Below are positions 1-7,432 of a stretch of 64,000 bases of DNA, in pieces. Origin of the DNA: Planctomycetota bacterium (lineage in GTDB: Bacteria; Planctomycetota; UBA1135; GCA-002686595); contig DASYPQ010000022.1 in the NCBI GenBank assembly GCA_036006425.1, forward strand, positions 337,938-401,937. Direction: 5' to 3'. A program made the position numbers and the translations under genes. The notes below the pieces were generated by a model that worked only from the letters and a program-made list of their open reading frames with translations, was not told where the DNA came from and made no database searches. The first letter of the stretch is position 1; each line of letters begins with the position of its first letter.

Positions 1-1307
1 TGATCGAGATGCTCGAGCGCGAAGGGAAGCTCGACTGCCTCCAGCTCCTCCACTTCCACCTCGGGAGCCAGATCCCCGAGATCCGCTCGCTCAAGAACGC
101 CCTGCGCGAGGCGACGCACACGCTCGTCGGCCTGACGAAGATGGGCGCGAAGATCCGCTGGTTCGACGTCGGCGGCGGCCTCGGAGTCGACTACGACGGC
201 TCATCGACGAACTTCGAGTCGTCGGTGAACTACTCCCTCCAGGAGTACGCGAACGACGTCGTGTACCACCTGCAGCAGGCCTGCGCCGAAGCCGAGATCC
301 CGCAGCCCGGCATCGTCACCGAATCCGGGCGCGCGCTCTCCGCGCACCACGCGGTGCTCGTCACCGAAGTGCTCGGGACGACCGACTTCAGCTCGGTCGG
401 CGTGCCGATCGCGCCCGGCGAGGACGAGCACGAGGTCGTCCACAACATCGCCGCGGTCAACGAGAACGTCACCGCGAAGAACTACCAGGAGTCCTACCAC
501 GACGCGATCCAGCTCCGCGACGAGGCGATGGTCCTCTTCAACGTGGGTCAGATCGGCATGCGCGAGCGCGCGCGCGTCGAGGAGTTCTACTGGCGGATCT
601 GCGAGAAGATCCTGCGCGTCACGCGCCTGCTCGACTACGTGCCCGACGACCTCGCCAACCTCGAGCGCGACATGTCGGACACGTACTTCCTCAACTTCTC
701 GCTGTTCCAGTCGATCCCCGACAGCTGGGCGATCCACCAGCTGTTCCCCGTGCTGCCGCTGCACCGGCACCTCGAGGCGCCGACGCGACGCGCGACGCTC
801 GCGGACATCACCTGCGACTCGGACGGGAAGGTCGACCGCTTCATCGACCTGCGCGACGTCAAGCGCACGCTCGAGCTCCACCCGCTGAAGAAGGACGAGC
901 CGTACTACCTCGGCTTCTTCCTCGTCGGCGCGTACCAGGAGATCCTCGGCGACATGCACAACCTGTTCGGCGACACGAACGTCGTGCACGTCGATCTCGA
1001 CGACGCCGGACGGCCGCGGCTCACGCACGTCCTCCGCGGCGAGCGCGTACAGGACGTCCTCGAGTACGTCGAGTACTTCGAGCCCGATCTCCTCTCGAAC
1101 CTGCGCCGCTCCGTCGAGAAGGCGCTCGAGGACGGTCGCATCACGTTCGAGGAGTCGGCGCTGCTGTACCGTCGCTACGAGGCGGGGCTGCACGGCTACA
1201 CGTACCTCACGCGCGATCGCCGCAGCGGAGAGGGTCCGAACTCGAATTCGATCGCCAGTCCCACGTCGACGGTCCCGATTCCCGCGCCGTCGAACGCCAC
1301 CACGTGA
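1..1307 (+). CDS. speA: biosynthetic arginine decarboxylase, C-terminal ~430 aa (5' end lies outside the window)
   Basis: ORF 9..1307 is open to the window edge. The blocks LHFHLGSQI, FDVGGGLGVDY, NYSLQEYANDVV and ITESGRALSAHHAVLVTEV are the conserved SpeA (group IV PLP decarboxylase) blocks. Confidence 0.85.
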   Translation, partial: IEMLEREGKLDCLQLLHFHLGSQIPEIRSLKNALREATHTLVGLTKMGAKIRWFDVGGGLGVDYDGSSTNFESSVNYSLQEYANDVVYHLQQACAEAEIPQPGIVTESGRALSAHHAVLVTEVLGTTDFSSVGVPIAPGEDEHEVVHNIAAVNENVTAKNYQESYHDAIQLRDEAMVLFNVGQIGMRERARVEEFYWRICEKILRVTRLLDYVPDDLANLERDMSDTYFLNFSLFQSIPDSWAIHQLFPVLPLHRHLEAPTRRATLADITCDSDGKVDRFIDLRDVKRTLELHPLKKDEPYYLGFFLVGAYQEILGDMHNLFGDTNVVHVDLDDAGRPRLTHVLRGERVQDVLEYVEYFEPDLLSNLRRSVEKALEDGRITFEESALLYRRYEAGLHGYTYLTRDRRSGEGPNSNSIASPTSTVPIPAPSNATT

Positions 1308-1837
1308 AGATCGCCACCGGCTGCATCGTCGAGATCGAATACGAGCTGTTCGACGCCGAGGGTGAGCTCGTCGAGAACTCGAAGGAGGGCGGACCGATGG
1401 TCTACCTCCACGGCAACGAGGAGATCCCGGAAGGGCTCGAGAAGGAGCTCGAAGGGCGGCAGAAGGGCGACAAGCTGCACGTCGCGTTGCCGCCGGGCGA
1501 GGCGTACGGCGAGTACAACCCGGACGGGCTCGTGTCGGTGCCGCGCGAGCAGTTCCCGCCGGACGCGGAGATCGTGCCGGGCGACTGGATCGACGTGACG
1601 CTCGCGGACGCGGAAGGGAAAGAGCCGCAGGACGCCGAGTCGATCGAGATGAAGGTGATCGAGATCTCGCCGGAGTCGATCGTGCTCGACGCGAACCATC
1701 CGCTCGCGGGACAAGCGTGCACGTTCGACTTGACGATCCTCTCCGTGCGCAAGGCGAGCCAGGAGGAGATCGAGGATCACAAGCGGCAGATGGAATTGAA
1801 GGAAGAGCCCGAGGAAGAGGGAGAGCAGGCTCCGTAG
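1304..1837 (+). CDS. slyD: FKBP-type peptidyl-prolyl cis-trans isomerase, SlyD-like
   Basis: GTG start overlaps the speA stop (GTGA). MKIATGCIVEIEYELFDAEGELV ... HPLAGQACTFDLTILSVRKA is the SlyD FKBP core with an inserted flap. The C-terminal tail is acidic. Confidence 0.85.
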   Translation: MKIATGCIVEIEYELFDAEGELVENSKEGGPMVYLHGNEEIPEGLEKELEGRQKGDKLHVALPPGEAYGEYNPDGLVSVPREQFPPDAEIVPGDWIDVTLADAEGKEPQDAESIEMKVIEISPESIVLDANHPLAGQACTFDLTILSVRKASQEEIEDHKRQMELKEEPEEEGEQAP

Positions 1838-1968
1838 GGTTTCTCCCGCACGGACGTGCGGGTGCGGGATTTCTGTCAAAACTGCTACGCTCGTGGCCTT
1901 ACCGGCCAGCTCGTTGCGTGGCGATTCCCGCAGCGTCATCGACGGCCGGATCTCCAAGGAGGTTCGCG

Positions 1969-2448
1969 ATGAACGTGATGCAGAAATTGACGTGGCTCGG
2001 ATCGGGTTGCGCGCTCGCGCTGGTGCCGATGCTTCTCTCCGCGCAGTCGGAGATGAAGCCGGCGAAGATCACCGGCAAGACCCTGATCGCCGTGGACGAG
2101 CTGAAGTGGGTTCCGATGCCCGGGCTCGAGGGAGCGCAGCAGGCGGCGTTGTGGGGCGACTCGACGAAGGAAGCGCACCGGATCTTCTACAAGTGGGCGC
2201 CGGGCACGAAGGCGCCGACGCACACGCACACGAGCGGCGACCGCGGGGTCGTCGTGTCGGGAACGCTGTCGCTCGCGGTCGAGGGCGCGCCGCCGAAGAA
2301 GCTGCCGGCGGGGTCGTACTTCTCGCTCGCGGGCGGCGTGAAGCACGCGACGGCGGTCGAAGGGGACGCGCCGTGCGTCTTCTACATCGAGCGCGAAGGC
2401 CCGTTCGACGCCGTGATGGCCGACGAAGCGGGCGCGAAGAAGAAGTAG
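1969..2448 (+). CDS. secreted cupin-domain protein
   Basis: ATG at 1969 is preceded by AAGGAGG. Signal peptide MNVMQKLTWLGSGCALALVPMLLSA. Cupin-like block HTHTSGDRGVVVSGTL...AGGVKHAT. The longer ORF 1717..2448 has an Arg/Gly-rich junk N-terminus. Confidence 0.7.
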   Translation: MNVMQKLTWLGSGCALALVPMLLSAQSEMKPAKITGKTLIAVDELKWVPMPGLEGAQQAALWGDSTKEAHRIFYKWAPGTKAPTHTHTSGDRGVVVSGTLSLAVEGAPPKKLPAGSYFSLAGGVKHATAVEGDAPCVFYIEREGPFDAVMADEAGAKKK

Positions 2449-2518
2449 TCGCGGACGGCGGCGCCAGGAGGACTGGCCGCGGATTCCCGGCTATCATTCA
2501 CGGTCGGGAATCCGCGGC

Positions 2519-3499
2519 GTGCGCTCCAGCAGCTCCAAGATCGCCGTCTCCGGTCCCCCCACCCTCCTCGTCGTCGTCGACACCGAGGAGGAGTTCGACT
2601 GGTTCGCGCCCTTCGACCGGAAGAGCACGTCCGTCGAGCACATGCGCGACGTCGGGCTCTTCCAGAGCGTCTGCGACGACGCCGGCGTCCGCCCGCTCTA
2701 CGCCGTCGACTATCCGATCGCCACGCAGGACACGAGCGCTCGGCCTCTGCGGGAGATCCATGCTTCCGGGCGCTGCGAGATCGGCGCGCACCTCCATCCC
2801 TGGGTCACACCGCCGCTCGAGGAGGAGGTCAACGCGCGCAACTCCTACCCGGGCAACCTCCCGCGCGATCTCGAGAAGCGGAAGCTCGAGACCCTCCTCA
2901 CGGCGATCGAACGCCACCTCGGCGTCCGCCCGCGCTCCTACAAGTCCGGTCGCTACGGCTTCGGGCCCAACACCGCTTCGATCCTCGTCGAGCTCGGCAT
3001 CGAGATCGATCTCTCGCCGCTCCCGGCCTTCGACCTCTCCGCCGACGGCGGGCCCGACTGGTCGCGCGCCTCCCCCGAACCCCGCCGCCTCGCTCCGCGC
3101 CTCCTCTCCATCCCCGCGACGAGCGCCTTCGTCGGCTTCGCGCGCGGCGCCGGCCCCTCGCTCCACCGCATCGCGAGCTCGCCCCCCTTCTCCTGGATCG
3201 GCGCCCCCGGCATCCTCTCGCACGCGCACGCCCTCGACCGGCTCATGCTCTCCCCCGAAGGCTTCCTCCCCGCGCACCACCGCCGCCTCACGCGCTCCCT
3301 CCTCGACCGCGGCGTGAGCGTCTTCTCCTTCACGCTCCACAGCTCCTCCCTGCGCCCCGGCTGCACGCCCTACGTGCGCTCCGAAGTCGACCAGACCAAG
3401 TTCCTCGACGCCTGCCGCCGATACTTCGAGTTCTTCCTCGGCGACCTCGGCGGTGTCAGTCGCACGCCGAGCGAGTTCGCGAAGACCTTCGCACCTTGA
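2519..3499 (+). CDS. polysaccharide deacetylase-family protein (WalW-like)
   Basis: N-terminal LLVVVDTEEEFDW ... EIGAHLHPWVTPP motifs of the deacetylase-like family that is usually paired with carbamoyltransferases. Its stop overlaps the next gene's start. Confidence 0.55.
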   Translation: MRSSSSKIAVSGPPTLLVVVDTEEEFDWFAPFDRKSTSVEHMRDVGLFQSVCDDAGVRPLYAVDYPIATQDTSARPLREIHASGRCEIGAHLHPWVTPPLEEEVNARNSYPGNLPRDLEKRKLETLLTAIERHLGVRPRSYKSGRYGFGPNTASILVELGIEIDLSPLPAFDLSADGGPDWSRASPEPRRLAPRLLSIPATSAFVGFARGAGPSLHRIASSPPFSWIGAPGILSHAHALDRLMLSPEGFLPAHHRRLTRSLLDRGVSVFSFTLHSSSLRPGCTPYVRSEVDQTKFLDACRRYFEFFLGDLGGVSRTPSEFAKTFAP

Positions 3500-5358
3500 A
3501 GATCCTCGGCCTATCCCCTCTCGACAAGGACGCGACGGCCTCGCTCGTCGAGGACGGACGCGTCCTCTTCGCCGCGGGCGAGGAGCGTTACAGCCGCGTG
3601 AAGCAGCACGCCGGCTTCCCCCACAAGGCGATCGAGGCCGCGTTGAACGCGACCGGCACGGATCCGGACGAGATCGCGGAAGTGGCGTACCCGTTCCTGC
3701 CCTGGGACAAGGAGACCGAGCTCATCGACCGCGCGATCCGCGACGAGCGCGCGTTCCAGGGCGGATTCCGCGAGCCCGATCTCCAGGCGGCGCTCCAGAA
3801 GGCGCAGCAACGCGTACCCGTGCGTTCTGCTGCGATCCACGGTCTCGCGGCGCCGAACGAGAAGATGGAGAAGGGCCTCGCGAAGGAGTTCTTCTACCGC
3901 GTCGCCGGCGGCAGCGCGCTGTTCGGGCGTCGCTTCGCGCGCGCGCAGTCACGCGACTGGGCGCGCCGCGCGAGCGGCGACCACCGGCGCTACCAGGAGG
4001 AGCTCGAGGCGGGGCTCTCGAAGCTCGGCCTCTTGCCGAAGCTCCGCCGCGCCGAGCACCACCTCTCGCACGCGGCGAACGCGTACCTCGCGAGCGGCTT
4101 CGATCGCGCGCTCGTCGTCACGATCGACGGGTACGGGACCGGGCTCGCGGGATCGGTGAGCCTCGGCGAAGGCGGGAAGCTGAAGCGCCTCCACAACCTC
4201 GCGTTCCCCCACTCGCTGGGCACTTTCTACGAGATGGTGACGAGCAGCCTCGGCTTCCATCCGGATCGCCACGCCGGAAAGATCGTCGGGCTCGCGGCGT
4301 GGGGAGATCCCGCGATCCTCTCGGACGTCCTTCTCGGCCGGATCGAGCAGGCGCCGGGTGACTTCCGGATCCTCGACAACCTGAACGTGTACTTCTCGCG
4401 CCACCTCGCGTCGCGCTTCCCGAAGATCGACGTCGCGGCGGCGTGGCAGCACGTGCTCGAGGTCGTCGCGGTGAACCTCGTGCGCCACTGGGTGCGCGAG
4501 ACGAAGTGCGACGCGGTCGTGCTGTCGGGCGGCGTGACGGCGAACGTGAAGATGAACCAGCGCCTGCACGAGATCGACGAGGTCGAGCGCACGTTCGTGT
4601 ACCCGAACATGGGCGACGGCGGATGCGGGACGGGGCTCGCGACGCTGTGGAGCTGGCCGGGCGGCGCGTCGACGATTCGCGACGTGTACTACGGGCCGAG
4701 CTACACGCCGGCGGAGATCCGCGCGGAGCTCGAGAAAGCCGGGCTCGCGTTCACCGAGCCCGCGAACCTCGTGCACGAGGTCGCGAAGCGCATCCACGCC
4801 GGCGAGGTGATCGGAAGGTTCGGCGGGAGGATGGAGTACGGGCCGCGCGCGCTCGGCAACCGCTCGATCCTCTACCACGCGAAGGAACCGGACGTGAACC
4901 AGTGGCTGAACAAGCGCCTCGGACGCACGGAGTTCATGCCGTTCGCGCCCGTGACGCTGTGGGAGGCGCGCGAGCGGTGCTACGTGAACGTCGCCGGCGC
5001 GGAGCACGCAGCGGAGTTCATGACGATGACGTTCGACTGCACGGAGTGGATGCGGAAGACGTGTCCCGCCGCGGTGCACGTCGACGGCACCGCGCGACCG
5101 CAGCTGATCCGCCGCGAGGTGAACGCGGAGTACTACGACATCTTGAAGGAGTACGAGCGGCTCTCGGGCATCCCGTGCCTGATCAACACGAGCTTCAACA
5201 TGCACGAGGAGCCGATCGTGTGCTCACCCGCCGACGCGGTGCGCGCGTTCCTGCAGGGAAATCTCGACGGGCTCGCGATCGGGCCGTGTTTCGTCACACA
5301 TCCCTCGCGGGAGCGGCGGCAGGATGGGCAACCCCTCGACACGCAGCGCGCGCGGTGA
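3496..5358 (+). CDS. carbamoyltransferase (NodU/CmcH family)
   Basis: TTG start in a TTGA overlap with the upstream stop. MKILGLSPLDKDATASLVEDGRVLFAAGEERYSR N-terminus. C-terminal RTEFMPFAP, VDGTARPQ and LINTSFN blocks. Confidence 0.85.
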   Translation: MKILGLSPLDKDATASLVEDGRVLFAAGEERYSRVKQHAGFPHKAIEAALNATGTDPDEIAEVAYPFLPWDKETELIDRAIRDERAFQGGFREPDLQAALQKAQQRVPVRSAAIHGLAAPNEKMEKGLAKEFFYRVAGGSALFGRRFARAQSRDWARRASGDHRRYQEELEAGLSKLGLLPKLRRAEHHLSHAANAYLASGFDRALVVTIDGYGTGLAGSVSLGEGGKLKRLHNLAFPHSLGTFYEMVTSSLGFHPDRHAGKIVGLAAWGDPAILSDVLLGRIEQAPGDFRILDNLNVYFSRHLASRFPKIDVAAAWQHVLEVVAVNLVRHWVRETKCDAVVLSGGVTANVKMNQRLHEIDEVERTFVYPNMGDGGCGTGLATLWSWPGGASTIRDVYYGPSYTPAEIRAELEKAGLAFTEPANLVHEVAKRIHAGEVIGRFGGRMEYGPRALGNRSILYHAKEPDVNQWLNKRLGRTEFMPFAPVTLWEARERCYVNVAGAEHAAEFMTMTFDCTEWMRKTCPAAVHVDGTARPQLIRREVNAEYYDILKEYERLSGIPCLINTSFNMHEEPIVCSPADAVRAFLQGNLDGLAIGPCFVTHPSRERRQDGQPLDTQRAR

Positions 5359-5421
5359 ACGGACGATCGCCCGCGGGTAGCGCGAGCCGCGCGTCGAGGA
5401 GAACGTGACGAACTGGCGGTT

Positions 5422-5455
5422 GGGCGCGCCCGCGCGCTTGGCCACGGGCGCGCCC
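5422..5455. terminator. GC-rich hairpin between convergent genes (possible bidirectional terminator)
   Basis: GGGCGCGCCCG-12 nt-CGGGCGCGCCC, a perfect 11-bp stem, lies between the stop at 5358 (+) and the stop at 5466 (-). No clear U tract. Confidence 0.45.
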
Positions 5456-5465
5456 ACGCGCGCCG

Positions 5466-6374
5466 CTACATCCGCGCGTGAAGCTGGAAGACCTGGTCGT
5501 AGCAGTAGAAGCCGTTGACGGCGATATCCACGTCGATCTTTCCCGGCGCGTATTGCCCGCCAGCGACGTTGCCGCTGTCGAAGCGCTTCGTAGTCCCGTT
5601 GCCATCGGTCAGGTCACAGACCAGGCGCTGCTTGGCCGCACTCGCGTCGACCCTGTAGATGCCGAAGCCGGTGAAGGTCCGTTCCGGCGGCGCCGGTGTG
5701 GGCAGAGTGTGCCAGGCGATGTAGACCAGGGCGTAGTGCTGCACCCCGACGGTGCTCGACGATCCGAGGTCGAGAAGATTGAACGTGCCGACCGCGGGCC
5801 AACTGAAGATCGGGCACAGACACGGCGGCAGGCAGCCCTCCAGGTACTGCGATTGCTCGAGGTGGTAGGGCACGAGCGCGGTTGCGGGCACGGGGGAGGC
5901 CGTGAGACGGAAGACCTGGTCCCAGCAGTAGAATCCGTTCCTCGCGATCGCGATGTCGATCACCGGGAAGTTGCCTCCACCGGCGACCAGGCCGCTGTCG
6001 AAGTGCTTCGGCGCGGCGGTGTCGAACGAAAGGTCCAGCTGCAGCTGGTGGTTGAGGCCGAACTGGCCGCCGACCTTGTACTCGCCGCTGCCGGTGACGC
6101 GTCGCTGCGAGGAGTCGGGCATGTCGACCTCCCAGTTGACGTCCCTGACCGCGTAGTGGTTGTAGCCGGCCGGGTCGGCGTACGTGAACTGCAGCGTGAA
6201 CGTGCCGAACAGGTCGCTCGTCGTGATGATCGGGCACTGGCAGGGCGGCTGACAGCCCTCTTCGAAGGTCGAGTTGGCCTCGAGGCGGTAGATCGTGGGC
6301 GCCGTGCCCGCTCGCGCCTGGGTTGCGATCGCGAGCGAAGTGACCGCGGCGAGAATTGCAATTCCTCGATACAT
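5466..6374 (-). CDS. secreted protein made of two tandem ~145-aa Cys-motif domains (unknown family)
   Basis: Start taken at MYRGIAILAAVTSLAIATQARA (signal peptide). Each half carries EGC.PPC.CPI ... FDSG.VAGG ... ID(I/V)(A/D)IA.NGFYC(W/Y)DQVF. Confidence 0.6.
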   Translation of the reverse strand: MYRGIAILAAVTSLAIATQARAGTAPTIYRLEANSTFEEGCQPPCQCPIITTSDLFGTFTLQFTYADPAGYNHYAVRDVNWEVDMPDSSQRRVTGSGEYKVGGQFGLNHQLQLDLSFDTAAPKHFDSGLVAGGGNFPVIDIAIARNGFYCWDQVFRLTASPVPATALVPYHLEQSQYLEGCLPPCLCPIFSWPAVGTFNLLDLGSSSTVGVQHYALVYIAWHTLPTPAPPERTFTGFGIYRVDASAAKQRLVCDLTDGNGTTKRFDSGNVAGGQYAPGKIDVDIAVNGFYCYDQVFQLHARM

Positions 6375-6828
6375 GGAGCACCTCATTAAATGAAACTGGT
6401 GTGGAACCTGCGCCCTCACACGCAGAGTTCCAGAGTACGCCGCTCGCTCGCGGCCGAAAGGGGAGCTCCGGCAGCCGTCGAGCATCAGATGCGTTATGAA
6501 AATCCCATTGGGCGCTCGTTGGAGATCGCTGAGTGGCCCATGTCGGATTCGACATGCAAGTCGAACTTGGTGGCGACTGCGCGGAGTGAATGCGGAACAC
6601 GCGATCGACGCGCGCGGGCCGAGCGCCTCGCCTCGGGACGGTCGTGGCCCATTCTTTCCGAGGCACCCAGTGGGGCAGCGCGCAACCGATCACCGTCGAG
6701 GACTACGCCGGAGTCGGTCCGCCCGACCTGTGGACCCTGCGCGCGGCGATTCTCGCCGTCGCGGCGGAGTCGCACTGACTCGCCAAGTCGCGCACGGTAT
6801 TCTCTCCGCCCGATCCCAGGAGCCCCCC

Positions 6829-7428
6829 ATGCCCACCCGTGACAAGCGCGTCGACGCCTACATCCAGAAAGCACCCGAGTTCGCCCGCCCGATCCTCACC
6901 GAGCTGCGCGCGCGCGTGCACTCCGCCTGTCCCGACGTCGTCGAGACGATCAAGTGGCGCATGCCGAGCTTCGAGTACCAAGGGCTCCTCTGCGGCATGG
7001 CGGCCTTCAAGAAGCACGCGGTCTTCGGCTTCTGGAAGCACAACCTCGTCGTGGCCGACGACTCGAAGGCCAACATGGCGATGGGCAGCTTCGGCAAGCT
7101 CGTCGAGCCCGGCCAGCTGCCCAAGAAGGCCGAGTTCGCGCGCCTCGTCAAGAAGGCGATGAAGCTGAACGAGGACGGCGTCAAGGCCGTGCGCAACAAG
7201 ACGGCGAAGAAGAAGCCGATCGCAATGCACCCGGCCCTCGAGCGCGCCCTCGCGAATCATCCCAAGGCGCGCGCGCAGTTCGGCGAGTTCGCGCCCAGCA
7301 AGCAGCGCGAGTACATGGAGTGGATCTCCGACGCCAAGGCCGACGCGACGCGGGAGCGCCGGCTCAAGGACGCGATCGAGTGGATCGCTCAGGGCAAGCC
7401 GCGCAACTGGAAGTACATGAACTGCTGA
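6829..7428 (+). CDS. DUF1801 / YdeI-family protein
   Basis: MPTRDKRVDAYIQKAPEFARPILTELRARV...IKWRMPSFEY (YdhG/DUF1801-like) plus C-terminal FAPSKQREYMEWISDAKADATRERRLKDAIEW (YdeI/OmpD-associated). The upstream part of ORF 6496..7428 is Arg-rich junk. Confidence 0.75.
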   Translation: MPTRDKRVDAYIQKAPEFARPILTELRARVHSACPDVVETIKWRMPSFEYQGLLCGMAAFKKHAVFGFWKHNLVVADDSKANMAMGSFGKLVEPGQLPKKAEFARLVKKAMKLNEDGVKAVRNKTAKKKPIAMHPALERALANHPKARAQFGEFAPSKQREYMEWISDAKADATRERRLKDAIEWIAQGKPRNWKYMNC

Positions 7429-7432
7429 ACGG

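Noticed and set aside
6552-6566. ACATGCAAGTCGAAC, identical to the conserved 5' segment of 16S rRNA, preceded by GGATTCGAC, which resembles the tmRNA 5' motif.
   Set aside because: The flanking sequence does not continue as 16S: there is no GGCGGACGGGTGAGTAA-like continuation beyond a loose resemblance and no upstream AGAGTTTGATC. There is also no tRNA-like ...CTCCACCA 3' end for a tmRNA. I treat it as a chance 15-mer within a hairpin. An Rfam scan would settle it.
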